From NCBI GenBank assembly GCA_964503955.1, contig CAZDCG010000002.1, positions 13,047 through 77,046 of the forward strand: DNA of 64,000 nt, given 5' to 3'. Below the pieces are notes generated by a model that ran no database searches, was not told where the DNA came from, and saw only the letters and a program-made list of their open reading frames with translations. Shown piece after piece: positions 45,718 to 55,500 of the stretch. The stretch comes from an uncultured Gammaproteobacteria bacterium. Lineage in GTDB: Bacteria > Patescibacteriota > Patescibacteriia > VMEV01 > CAYQCH01. Position 1 is the stretch's first letter; the number at the start of each line of letters is the position of its first letter. The translations under genes and the position numbers were made by a program.

Positions 45718-46986
45718 ATGGTCAGAGGAGCGACAAAACGGCGGCGTATGGGACGGGGCGGGTATATTTTATTCAGCCTGGCCATTCTCCTGTTTGCGGG
45801 CTGGAAATTGTTCGATCCAGGCTCGCAGCATCCTGAGCCAGCACTCGCGGATCTGGCGGTGGATCAACCCACTGCTCCTTCGCAGTCCATGAAAGCTTTT
45901 TTTGATTCCTATGAAGGGCGGCACATTGTGCAAGAAGGGGATGTTCTTTCGTCGGTTTTTGCTGGTTATGAAATTCCGTTCAATGAGATTGTCGGGCTGC
46001 AAAACGCGCAGAGCGATAACTTTCGTTTTACAAATATCCAGGTAGGCAAAACCGTGTATTTTTCTTTGTATCCAGAGGGAAGCGACTTGGTCTTAAAGGA
46101 GGTCGTGTACCAGCCGGATTCGTTGCGCATCATCAAAGCCAAGCAGACTGTCACGGGCTGGATTATTGAGGAAGAAATGATTCCGTATGAAACCAGAGTG
46201 GGGCAGCGCGCCGGCACCGTGCAGGAATCATTGTATGTCTCCGCTCTCCGGCAGGGGGTTGATGAAAAAGTCATTCTCGCTTTTGCCGATGTCTTTGCCT
46301 GGGATATCGATTTTGCCTTGCAGACGCGCTCAGGTGACGCATACAAGGTTATTTACGAGGAGCGATATCTGGATGGAGAGTTGGTTACAACAGGAAGAGT
46401 CCTTGCGGCTGAATACACGAATAAGGGGACGGTGTATCGCGCCTTCTTCTTTCAGGAAGGAGAAAAGAGAGGCTATTTTGATGAGGAGGGAAATGCCTTG
46501 CAAAAAGCGTTCCTAAAAGCCCCGGTCAATTACCGTTATGTAACATCCGGGTTCACCTCAGCTCGGTTCCATCCGATTCTTGGCTCCGTAATGCCTCATA
46601 ACGGCGTTGATTATGCCGCAGCTTATGGCACGCCGATTATTGCGGTGGCCGATGGAATTGTTTCACGCTCCGGCTGGCAGACTGGCTATGGAAACCGCAT
46701 CGAGCTAAAACATGGGGATCGGTATGGAACACAGTATTCACATATGTCAGCCTATGTGCCGGGCCTGTCCGTGGGCGATGCGGTCAAACAAGGCGATGTG
46801 ATCGGTTATGTCGGGTCAACCGGCTACTCCACCGGGAACCATGTCCACTATTCCGTAACGGATCGCGGAAGCTATGTGGATCCTTCATCAATCGATGTTC
46901 CGGACGGAGAACCGGTTTCCGATCAATACCGGGAGGAGTTCGATGCCATGGTCGCACAGCGTTTGAGCGAGCTTGAATCTCTGTAA
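45718..46986 (+). CDS. M23 family metalloendopeptidase (membrane-anchored)
   Basis: N-terminal TM. C-terminal HNGVDYAA...GNHVHY M23 zinc-ligand motifs. Confidence 0.85.
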   Translation: MVRGATKRRRMGRGGYILFSLAILLFAGWKLFDPGSQHPEPALADLAVDQPTAPSQSMKAFFDSYEGRHIVQEGDVLSSVFAGYEIPFNEIVGLQNAQSDNFRFTNIQVGKTVYFSLYPEGSDLVLKEVVYQPDSLRIIKAKQTVTGWIIEEEMIPYETRVGQRAGTVQESLYVSALRQGVDEKVILAFADVFAWDIDFALQTRSGDAYKVIYEERYLDGELVTTGRVLAAEYTNKGTVYRAFFFQEGEKRGYFDEEGNALQKAFLKAPVNYRYVTSGFTSARFHPILGSVMPHNGVDYAAAYGTPIIAVADGIVSRSGWQTGYGNRIELKHGDRYGTQYSHMSAYVPGLSVGDAVKQGDVIGYVGSTGYSTGNHVHYSVTDRGSYVDPSSIDVPDGEPVSDQYREEFDAMVAQRLSELESL

Positions 46987-46987
46987 T

Positions 46988-47437
46988 ATGAATTGTCCTG
47001 TTTGCCAATCCGCAACCCAGGTGCTTGATTCAAGACTCACGCATGAAGGGCAGGGCGTGCGGCGAAGACGAAAATGCCGCGCCTGTTCTTTCCGATTCTC
47101 CACGCTTGAAGAAAGCCGCATTCTTGATCTTATTGTCGTAAAACGGGATGGTTCGCGCGAACCCTATATGAGAGAAAAGCTTGAGCGAGGCCTGGCCGTG
47201 GCGCTGCGGAAACGGGCTTTCACAAAGGAATCGTTTTCCTGTTTGCTGCGAGACATTGAATTGGATATTCAGAGAGCCAAGCAGCAGGAAATCACGAGCC
47301 AGTCGCTTGGAGAAATCGTCATGGACAATCTAAGAAGGTTTGATAAAGTTGCCTATATACGGTTTGCTTCCGTGTACAGGCAATTCAAAGACGTTGAGAC
47401 ATTTGCCGATGAAATTCGCCAGTTAAGCGATCAATAA
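46988..47437 (+). CDS. nrdR: Transcriptional repressor NrdR
   Basis: MNCPVCQ...RRRKCRACSFRFSTLE zinc ribbon plus an ATP-cone. Start at the ATG at 46988. Confidence 0.9.
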   Translation: MNCPVCQSATQVLDSRLTHEGQGVRRRRKCRACSFRFSTLEESRILDLIVVKRDGSREPYMREKLERGLAVALRKRAFTKESFSCLLRDIELDIQRAKQQEITSQSLGEIVMDNLRRFDKVAYIRFASVYRQFKDVETFADEIRQLSDQ

Positions 47438-47439
47438 TT

Positions 47440-47724
47440 ATGGAGGACCAATCAACCATTCTCAAAGAGTTACGCGAGCAAAGGCAGATGCTCATGGAGC
47501 TGAGCCAAGCCGTGAAAAAGATTGAACGAGCTTCAAGATGGGGATTTGTCATGAATATGCTTCGCTTGGTCATCATTTTGATCCCGCTCATCCTTGCCGT
47601 TTTATATCTGCCGCCTCTTGTGGAGCGGCTGCTTGAAACCATCAGCCCAGCTGAAATGACCGATCGTTTGCGGCTGCCGGCCGAAATTGATATCGACCGC
47701 TTGCGTGATTTGTTTGAAAGATAA
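47440..47724 (+). CDS. Small membrane protein (hypothetical)
   Basis: 94 aa, helical N-terminus with a single TM LRLVIILIPLILAVLYL. Confidence 0.35.
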   Translation: MEDQSTILKELREQRQMLMELSQAVKKIERASRWGFVMNMLRLVIILIPLILAVLYLPPLVERLLETISPAEMTDRLRLPAEIDIDRLRDLFER

Positions 47725-47745
47725 AGTCCAGCTTTTTGTATGAAC

Positions 47746-47774
47746 AGGCGTCAATCCTCGTCTGACGCTTTTTA
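47746..47774 (+). terminator. Rho-independent terminator candidate after nrdR and the small membrane protein
   Basis: gcgtca-atcctcgtc-tgacgc hairpin followed by ttttt. Confidence 0.5.
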
Positions 47775-47781
47775 AACCATA

Positions 47782-49077
47782 ATGTGCTTTATGGAACAGC
47801 AACAAACTTCTGAAACGCAAATACAAAAAGAAGAGAGCATTAATGTTTCCACGCTCAAGGGGCTTGTGACCATTGTTCTGGTGCTCGGCATCATCGCCGG
47901 TGGAACGGCGGGGGCGCTTGTCTCTGTTGTCTTGCAAAAAGGCGAATTGCCCCGCGGCGTGGACAAAGATTTGTCTCTGAATAGGAGCCAGACCATGGTT
48001 GTGGAGGAATCGTCAATCGTGCAAACAGTTCAGAATGCGTCTGAATCGGTTGTCAGTATTATCGTGGAAAAGCCGGCCTCTCAGGCGACCGGCCCCATCA
48101 GTCCTTTTTTCGACTTGAGGATCCCGGGTTTTGACATTCTCCAGCCTGATGACCGGCGCGGAAGCGATGTTGATTCGCGTTCAAACCAGGAGGAATACGT
48201 TCAGGTCAGCGCAGGAACGGGCTTTGTCGTCTCGTCTAACGGGCATATCCTGACCAATAAGCATGTTGTTCAGGACAAAGAAGCGCGCTATACCATTATT
48301 ACGAAATCCGGCGACCGCCATGAGGTGGAAGTGCTTGGTGTTGATCCGGTAAACGACCTGGCTCTCATCAAGACGAAAAACCCAGCCGAGTTGCCACCGG
48401 CGCTTGAGCTTGGAAACTCAGACCAGATTCAAATCGGCCAGCAGGTGATTGCCATTGGCAACAGTCTGGGCGAATTCAGCCATACGGTGACAAGCGGGAT
48501 TATCAGCGGTATTGATCGGCGCGTCACGGCTGGGGACGGGCTTGGTTTCTCCGAGGTTTTAGAAAAGGTCATTCAAACCGATGCGGCGATCAATCCGGGC
48601 AATTCAGGAGGCCCCTTGCTGAATCTGGCCGGCCAGGTGATCGGGGTGAATACGGCAGTCAGCCAGCAGGGACAGTTGATCGGCTTTGCGATTCCAATCA
48701 ATGATGCGGTCAGGTTTATCGAACAGATCCAGGAACATGGAAAAGTCGTCCGCCCGTATATGGGGGTACGTTATGTCCTTATCGATGAGCGCATTAAAAA
48801 GGTGAATGGGTTGTCCGTCGGTTATGGTGCGCTCCTGCGACGGGGAGATGATCCAAGCGAGCTCGCTGTCATCCCGGGAAGTCCGGCCGATAAAGCAGGG
48901 CTTGAAGAAAATGATATTCTCCTTGAGGTTGACGGGCAGAAGGTGGGCGTTGATCAGAGCCTTGTGCGCATTCTAAGCCAATACGCGCCTGGAGATGCAG
49001 TGGAACTAACGGTCTTAAAAAATGGGGAGGAGCAGCGGGTGGCGCTGGTTTTGGGAGAGTTTGCTGATGAAGGGTAA
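47782..49077 (+). CDS. HtrA/DegP-family serine protease with a PDZ domain
   Basis: N-terminal TM, then a trypsin-like fold (HILTNKHVV, DLALIK, GNSGGPLLN) and a C-terminal PDZ domain. Confidence 0.87.
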   Translation: MCFMEQQQTSETQIQKEESINVSTLKGLVTIVLVLGIIAGGTAGALVSVVLQKGELPRGVDKDLSLNRSQTMVVEESSIVQTVQNASESVVSIIVEKPASQATGPISPFFDLRIPGFDILQPDDRRGSDVDSRSNQEEYVQVSAGTGFVVSSNGHILTNKHVVQDKEARYTIITKSGDRHEVEVLGVDPVNDLALIKTKNPAELPPALELGNSDQIQIGQQVIAIGNSLGEFSHTVTSGIISGIDRRVTAGDGLGFSEVLEKVIQTDAAINPGNSGGPLLNLAGQVIGVNTAVSQQGQLIGFAIPINDAVRFIEQIQEHGKVVRPYMGVRYVLIDERIKKVNGLSVGYGALLRRGDDPSELAVIPGSPADKAGLEENDILLEVDGQKVGVDQSLVRILSQYAPGDAVELTVLKNGEEQRVALVLGEFADEG

Positions 49078-49096
49078 AAGCCTCTCTTCTTCGATC

Positions 49097-49127
49097 AAAA
49101 AAACCGCCTTTGGCGGTTTTTTTGTGG
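49097..49127. terminator. Rho-independent terminator after htrA
   Basis: aaaaaaa-accgcc-tttg-ggcggt-ttttttt. A symmetric A/T flank suggests it is bidirectional. Confidence 0.75.
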
Positions 49128-49253
49128 CCTCAATGAAGAGGTATCTCTTCGCTCAGGCCAGCGCCAGATCATACCCTTGCGAGTATATCCGGCGCGGGAA
49201 AGGCGGATCAGACGTGCTCTGATCCTTGTGGCGGTTATGCGCCGCCTTTCTTG

Positions 49254-50549
49254 CTAAAACTGGGCGGCTTCAGTGGATCCCGCGAGTGCGGTGGTCTTCA
49301 CTTCGCTGCCTTCGATCGTCTGGCGGATCTGGTCGTAGAGACCGGTCCCCACTTCCTGTTGATGCGCGGCGAACGTGTAGCCGAGCTCTCTCGCGAGGAA
49401 CTCCTCCTGCTGCAGTTCGCTGTACGCGGCCATGCCATGGTCGCGGTAGGCGCGTGCAAGCTTGAAGGAGTGATAGTTGTTGCTGTGGATTCCTGCGAGG
49501 GTCACGAACTGGAACACGTAGCCGTACTCGGCAAGTTGCGCCTGGAATGCGGCGATCTCGCCAAGATCCAGGTTGCGCCGCCAGTTGAAGGAAGGCGAGC
49601 AGTTGTACGCCAGGAGCTTGCCAGGGTGTTCAAGGAAGAACTCCTCGGCGAACTCGCGGGCGTAGCCGACATCGGGCGTGGAGGTCTCACACCAGATCAT
49701 GTCGGCGTACCTTCCATACGCCTTCGCGCGGGCGATGGCGGACTCGATCCCGTTCTGGACCTCGTAGAAACCGTTGGCATCGCGCCTGCCGGTGATGAAA
49801 GGCTGGTCACGGGGATCGATGTCGGACGTGAGCAAGGTCGCGGAGTCCGCGTCGGTTCGCGCCACAATGATGGTGGGCACGCGGTAACTGTCCGCAGCGA
49901 GCCGTGCTGCGACGAGATTCTTCTCGGCCATTCGGGTGGGGATCAGAACCTTCCCGCCCAAGTGGCCGCACTTCTTCTCACCGCCGAGCTGATCTTCGAA
50001 GTGGACGCCGGCTGCTCCAGCCTCGATCATCGCCTTCATCAGCTCAAACGCGTTCAGCGGGCTGCTTGGCGCGTCGCCGTCCGCCACCATGGGCAGGAGG
50101 AAATCGACGTAACCGTCGTCTCCAGGCAAGACACGTCTGGCCCACTGAATCTTGTCAGCCTGCTGCTGCGCCCGTGCGATCCGTCTGACAAGCGTCGGAA
50201 CGGTGTTGACGGGATACAGGGCAAGGTCCGGATACGTCGTCTCCGCCGTATTGGCGTCGGCCGCAGCCTGCCAGCCGGAGATGTAGAGCGCCTGCAAGCC
50301 CGCACGAGCGTATTGCTGCGCCTGCATGCCGGTGAGCGCTCCCAGCGTGTTCACGTAGCCGTTGCGGGCCTTGCCATGAAGCAGATCCCAGAGGCGTTCG
50401 GCCGCGTACCTGGCGTGCGGGTACTCCGGTAGGAGCGACCCGTACAGGTCAACGGCCTTGTCAGGCGCATATGGCCTGTGTACGTTCTTCCAGCGGCGAT
50501 TCTCCTTCCAGTCTTCGTTCAGAGACGCGGTCAACTTTCCCCGATCCAT
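49254..50549 (-). CDS. aceA: Isocitrate lyase
   Basis: KKCGHLGGKVL signature (K[KR]CGH). About 431 aa from MDRGKL. Local GC is about 63% against a window background of about 50%. Confidence 0.85.
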   Translation of the reverse strand: MDRGKLTASLNEDWKENRRWKNVHRPYAPDKAVDLYGSLLPEYPHARYAAERLWDLLHGKARNGYVNTLGALTGMQAQQYARAGLQALYISGWQAAADANTAETTYPDLALYPVNTVPTLVRRIARAQQQADKIQWARRVLPGDDGYVDFLLPMVADGDAPSSPLNAFELMKAMIEAGAAGVHFEDQLGGEKKCGHLGGKVLIPTRMAEKNLVAARLAADSYRVPTIIVARTDADSATLLTSDIDPRDQPFITGRRDANGFYEVQNGIESAIARAKAYGRYADMIWCETSTPDVGYAREFAEEFFLEHPGKLLAYNCSPSFNWRRNLDLGEIAAFQAQLAEYGYVFQFVTLAGIHSNNYHSFKLARAYRDHGMAAYSELQQEEFLARELGYTFAAHQQEVGTGLYDQIRQTIEGSEVKTTALAGSTEAAQF

Positions 50550-50817
50550 GGGCCTACCTTTCAGATTGGCCCCCCCAACAAGTGTTTCCCACATGACAAC
50601 TGAAGAAAGAACGCGCATCTCCGTTTGCTTTCACAATCAGAACCCTGCGATCACCTGGAGATGCTGAAAAAGCGTAACAGGAACATTGAATTCTTGTCAA
50701 TTGGTGACGATAGTGTTTGAAAGAGAAAGAAAGGCTAATGTCAGCAAAATTTGACGACAGTTTGCAAAAAGTGCCTATTCACCCAAAAAAACAATGTTTT
50801 TGCGATCTTGGGTCATG

Positions 50818-50852
50818 CCGGTCGCTCTACCCGTAAAGGGGAGCGACCGGCT
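50818..50852. other. Perfect 11-bp-stem hairpin between the 291-aa gene and aceA
   Basis: gccggtcgctc-tacccgtaaaggg-gagcgaccggc. Confidence 0.5.
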
Positions 50853-50887
50853 GACGTAGATCGGGCTCAACTCTGCAAAGCCTACGT

Positions 50888-51763
50888 CTAGCGCGAAAGA
50901 ACTTGCTCAAGCTTGCGGATGACCTCAATCAGAGGGTCGGGGCCTCCGAGTGTAAACGAAATGATCTGGCCGCAGGTGCGCCTGATGTGGTTACTGAACA
51001 CGCCATTTTCATCCATCTCCTCCCAATAGACGAGGCTGATGAAGCTTGCTAAGAGGCCTTCGCATCGCCAGGCCTGTTCTTGCCGGTCATCAGGCAGGGC
51101 TACCTCAAAGAGCTGATCCTCCCAGTCTCGTTGCCTGTCCAGAGTCTCCCCAGCAAAGCCCGTGATGCTTCGAGCACGGATAGCGCGGTACTGTTGGCGC
51201 AGTTGGTCAAAGCGGCGATGAATCTCCTCTTTGTCATTCAGCGACCTGAGAAGATCCTTTTGAGTAAACAATGTTTCAGCAACTTCCGGAGAGAAGCAGC
51301 ATGAGGCAATCCTCAGAAAGCAGAATGCTTCTATGGCGTGTATTTCCGGATGCGAAACCATGAACGGGAAATCTCCTTCACCGCATTGCACCAAGAGGGT
51401 GAATCGAAGAACGCTTCGGGGTTCCCAATCGGTAAAGGAAGAAAGGAGGTCTCTGACTCCGTTAATGGAGTCAACCTCAAGCGGTTCTCTACCGGTGGCG
51501 AGGATCGCGGGGCCGTAACCGCAATGGGCGGCAAGCTCCAGCATCTCGCGTGGGAGATCACCTACGCTGACGCGTTCAAGAAGGTAAGTGGCCTCATCTT
51601 GGGCCAAACCTGTTTCCTTCCACTTGCGCTCAAGCCTACGCAATCGAGAGTCCGTCACTTCTGCCTCGTAGAGTCCCGCAAGGAACAAGCATGGGAAAGA
51701 GCAAACGTTGATATCCACCAGCCCAAAAAAATAAAAGAAACTTGCCAAAATGTCAAGAAACAC
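50888..51763 (-). CDS. Hypothetical protein (291 aa)
   Basis: Long ORF upstream of aceA on the same strand. No recognised motifs. The true start may be internal. Confidence 0.35.
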   Translation of the reverse strand: MFLDILASFFYFFGLVDINVCSFPCLFLAGLYEAEVTDSRLRRLERKWKETGLAQDEATYLLERVSVGDLPREMLELAAHCGYGPAILATGREPLEVDSINGVRDLLSSFTDWEPRSVLRFTLLVQCGEGDFPFMVSHPEIHAIEAFCFLRIASCCFSPEVAETLFTQKDLLRSLNDKEEIHRRFDQLRQQYRAIRARSITGFAGETLDRQRDWEDQLFEVALPDDRQEQAWRCEGLLASFISLVYWEEMDENGVFSNHIRRTCGQIISFTLGGPDPLIEVIRKLEQVLSR

Positions 51764-51898
51764 GTAAAAAAGAAAGTGGTTTGTGTACCAGATCCAAATC
51801 CCGCAACCCGTTAACGCGTAAACCCGTTAACTTTATTCGTAGACATTCGCCCGCCTGCCAAAGGCTCGTAGCAATGGCGGGCAGGTATTCGTACCCTT

Positions 51899-53000
51899 AT
51901 GAAACACATCATCGCTAATCTCGATAACCTTGCTGGGCGGGTTGACGAGGCATGGAGGTTACTTTGACCTGGACTCGTCTTTAGCGAGAATCAAAGAACT
52001 TCTGTCTATTACAGCCGATCCGAATTTTTGGTCGAACCAGGAAAAAGCAACGGCCATCAATCAGGAACTCAGCGATTTGCAAAAAGAAGTCGATCTTTGG
52101 CAGGGAATCCGTTCAGAGATTCAGGATGCTTTAGATTTGGCCAATGTAGCTCAGTCGGAAGGAGATGAGTCGTTCCATGATGAGCTGATGAAGCGGACGG
52201 AGGAACTAACGGCCAAGTTTGAAAAAATGGAATTTCTCATGCTGTTTGATGGAGAATACGACAAGAGTAACGCTATCTTAGCCTTTCATGCCGGCTCGGG
52301 GGGAACGGAAGCACAAGATTGGACGGAAATGCTTTTTCGCATGATCAGCCGTTTTATCGAACAGCAGGAGTGGAAAGCCGAAATCCTTGATATGAATCGC
52401 GGCCAGGAAGCCGGCATCAAGAGCGCGATTATCCGCGTGCAGGGAAGATACGCCTATGGATATTTAAAATCCGAAAACGGTGTTCATCGGCTGGTACGCA
52501 TCTCTCCGTTTGACGCGGAGCAGATGCGCCATACGTCTTTTGCCATGATTGAGGTCATGCCCGAACTGGATGAAACCATCCATATCGAGATCGACCCGAA
52601 AGATTTGCGCATTGATACCTTTGCGGCCGGCGGCAAAGGCGGGCAGAAGGTGAATACGACGAATTCAGCCGTCCGCATCGTGCATTTGCCCACAAAAATT
52701 TCCGTCAGCTGCCAGAATGAACGTTCACAGGGGCAAAATAAAGAAACAGCCATGAAGATTCTGAAAGCCAAGCTTCACCAGCTTGAATTGCAGAAGCAGG
52801 CCGCGCAAAAAAAGGAGCTGCGGGGCGAGTATACCAGCGCTGAATGGGGCAGCCAGATCCGATCCTATGTTTTGCATCCGTATAAAATGGTTAAAGACCA
52901 TCGCACGTCGCACGAATCCAAGGAACCGGACCGAGTGCTCGACGGAGAATTGGGGCCGTTTATGGAAGCCTATTTGCGTTGGAGAAAAGAGGCAGCCTAG
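51899..53000 (+). CDS. prfB: Peptide chain release factor 2 with a programmed +1 frameshift
   Basis: Frame 0: ATG at 51899 then MKHIIANLDNLAGRVDEAWRLL, ending at the in-frame TGA at 51965-51967 in the context ggaggttaCTTTGAC. Frame +1 continues DLDSSLARIKE... through the SPF and GGQ domains (AAGGKGGQKVN). Confidence 0.9.
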
Positions 53001-53059
53001 GCCTCTGGTTTCTTCGAATAAAGAACGGTATTCTTTGTTCAGGATTCATCAATCATTGT

Positions 53060-53974
53060 ATGAAGATTTTAGTGAGCGGGGGAGCAGGATTTATCGGATC
53101 GCATCTTACGCATTGTCTGCTGGACGAAGGGCATGAGGTGATTGTGCTTGATGACTTGAGTTCGGGGCAGAGACGCAATCTCGCCAAAGGCGTTCAGCTC
53201 ATCAAAATGGATATCGCTCATCCGCGTTTACGCAAAAAATTGCCGAAAACCATAGATATCATTTATCATCTTGCCGCGCAGATAGACGTACGAAAATCGG
53301 TTCATGATCCGGTTAAGGACGCGGCCATCAATGTGCTTGGCACCGTTCAGCTCCTTGAATACGCGAAAGAAGCCGCGGCAAAGCAGCTTATTTTTTCCTC
53401 AAGCGGAGGCGCTATTTACGGGGAAGCAGCCGTGTATCCCACGCCCGAAACGGCTCCTGAACAGCCGCTTTCACCGTATGGAACGGCAAAACTGAGCGCG
53501 GAGCAGTATGTCCATCTTTATGCGCGCTTGTACGGCCTTCATACAACGGTTCTGCGTTACGCGAATGTCTATGGTCCCGGACAAGCCGGCAGCAAAGAAT
53601 CCGGTGTCATCGCGATCTTTTCCGAGCGCGCGCGAAAGAATCTCCCTTTGACCGTTCACGGTGATGGCCGTCAAACCAGAGATTTCGTTTACGTTAAGGA
53701 TGTGGTTTTGGCAAACCTTGCCGCGCTCAGGCAGCAGGTTTCAGGTATTTTTAATATCGGCACGGGAGTGGAGACCTCGATCAATGAGCTGATTGATCTG
53801 CTGAAATCCCTCTCAGAATCCGAGCTGAACATTCGTTATGAACAAGCGAAACAAGGGGACTTGCCTCGCAGCGTGCTTGATTGTTCGCGCGCAGCCGATC
53901 GCTTGAACTGGAAAGCGAAAACCTCGCTGCCAGAGGGATTGCGTCTTACGTTTGCTGCTTTGAATGCCGAGTAA
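53060..53974 (+). CDS. NAD-dependent epimerase/dehydratase (UDP-glucose 4-epimerase-like)
   Basis: MKILVSGGAGFIGSHL Rossmann GxxGxxG. SPYGTAK (YxxxK catalytic motif). Confidence 0.8.
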   Translation: MKILVSGGAGFIGSHLTHCLLDEGHEVIVLDDLSSGQRRNLAKGVQLIKMDIAHPRLRKKLPKTIDIIYHLAAQIDVRKSVHDPVKDAAINVLGTVQLLEYAKEAAAKQLIFSSSGGAIYGEAAVYPTPETAPEQPLSPYGTAKLSAEQYVHLYARLYGLHTTVLRYANVYGPGQAGSKESGVIAIFSERARKNLPLTVHGDGRQTRDFVYVKDVVLANLAALRQQVSGIFNIGTGVETSINELIDLLKSLSESELNIRYEQAKQGDLPRSVLDCSRAADRLNWKAKTSLPEGLRLTFAALNAE

Positions 53975-54024
53975 AATTTGCTATACTATCAACAGCCCAC
54001 ACCCTTGTTCAAGGGTGTTTTTAT

Positions 54025-55500
54025 ATGCCTACGCGCTGGCAATTGCCTCTGATCTGCTCGGCATTTCTCTGCGGCGTTATTTGCGCTGATCTCTTCAGCC
54101 TAAGCCGCACGGCTGTTCTTGCTGTAGGAATCTTTCTGATCATCGTGAGCGTTAAATCACGTTTTCAATCGCTCGCTCTTTTGTTTGTCGTAAGCTTTCT
54201 CTGTGGATGTACCGTTTTTAACTTCCTATACTCAAAAAAGGTTTCCCATTGGATTGATTCGGGAAAGCCGATCGAAATGCAAGGAAGAATCTATGCCAAG
54301 GAGAAATCCATCTCTGGTTACCGGTTAAAAATCATCAGCACGGAGCAGAAAGTTTACGCCTATACCAATTTCACCACGGCCAATGCCGGAGATCTTGTTC
54401 ATGTCGCATGCGTACAGCAAATGCCGGAGGAGCGCAGATACCTTCTCTACCTTCTTTCCCAGGGGATGTCTGGTATTTGCTATGACGCGCGGATCAGCCC
54501 GGTGGCGGATGAATTGGAATTTCGCCAGGCCCCATTCTTATTTATCCGGCTGGCTATTTCGCATCGCATTAAGCAGCTCTGGAGCAATCCGGTAAGCGCG
54601 CTTGTTGCCGGGTTGCTTCTGGGAACAAGGGAGGATTTTCCTCAGCGAGTGCTTGATGATTTCCGCAAAGCTGGCGTAACGCATATCATCGCTCTTTCCG
54701 GTTTTAATATCAGCATTCTCATCGTCTTTTTCGAGCTGATTCTCGTGCATTTGCTCGTGCCAAAACGCGCGAGGCTGCCGGTGATTCTGATCGGCATAAC
54801 GCTCTTTACGATTTTCGTGGGCGCGGCCGCGTCGATCACCAGAGCCGCTTTCATGGGCTCGATTGCTTTGACCGGGAAATACGTGGCCCGCCAGGTTTCC
54901 GTTCTGCGGATAGGCCTTTTGACCGCGGCGGTAATGGTATTCTTCAATCCTTTGATCCTCTTGTATGATCTTGGCTTTCAGCTTTCTTTTCTGGCGACCA
55001 TCGGACTTGTTTCAACGGCGGAGTGGTTCGATGAGAAACTGGCCATCCTGCCTAATATTTTTGAGCTGCGTACTTCGCTTGCAACAACGCTCGCAGCTTC
55101 ACTGCCGACAACGCCCTTGCTTATTTGGCAATTCGAAGCGCTCTCAATTATTTCTCCGGCCGCCAATGTGCTTGTCTTGCCCTTCATTCCATTGATTATG
55201 GCGGCCGGAGCCTGCGTGGTTGGTGTCTCTTTTTTCTCTCCTGAACTGGCCGGTCTTTTTGTCATCCCCGTGGCGCAGATGAGCCGGTTTGTTTTAAGCA
55301 TCAGCTCATTTTCCGCATCTTTTCCTTGGGCATACAGTGAAATTTCACAAGGTCGAACACTGTTATGCGCGGGCAGCATCGTGCTCTTTATCGCGATTCT
55401 CTATGACAAATACCGTCAAAATCGTCCTCTGCATTCTGATCGTGGCCTGGATAGCGGCAATGCGTCCGCCCGCACATCCCGTTTCCATGCATCTGCTTGA
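54025..55500 (+). CDS. comEC: ComEC/Rec2 competence protein, N-terminal DUF4131 plus polytopic Competence-domain part
   Basis: About 10 TM helices. GVTHIIALSGFNISIL motif of the ComEC competence domain. The ORF tail after ...AILYDK reads like out-of-frame sequence. Confidence 0.7.
   Translation: MPTRWQLPLICSAFLCGVICADLFSLSRTAVLAVGIFLIIVSVKSRFQSLALLFVVSFLCGCTVFNFLYSKKVSHWIDSGKPIEMQGRIYAKEKSISGYRLKIISTEQKVYAYTNFTTANAGDLVHVACVQQMPEERRYLLYLLSQGMSGICYDARISPVADELEFRQAPFLFIRLAISHRIKQLWSNPVSALVAGLLLGTREDFPQRVLDDFRKAGVTHIIALSGFNISILIVFFELILVHLLVPKRARLPVILIGITLFTIFVGAAASITRAAFMGSIALTGKYVARQVSVLRIGLLTAAVMVFFNPLILLYDLGFQLSFLATIGLVSTAEWFDEKLAILPNIFELRTSLATTLAASLPTTPLLIWQFEALSIISPAANVLVLPFIPLIMAAGACVVGVSFFSPELAGLFVIPVAQMSRFVLSISSFSASFPWAYSEISQGRTLLCAGSIVLFIAILYDKYRQNRPLHSDRGLDSGNASARTSRFHASA

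Noticed and set aside
49251-50432. 393-aa + strand ORF overlapping aceA
   Set aside because: High-GC DNA generates long antisense ORFs. The minus strand carries the unmistakable isocitrate lyase motif KKCGH, while the + strand product is R/G/V-rich with no motif.
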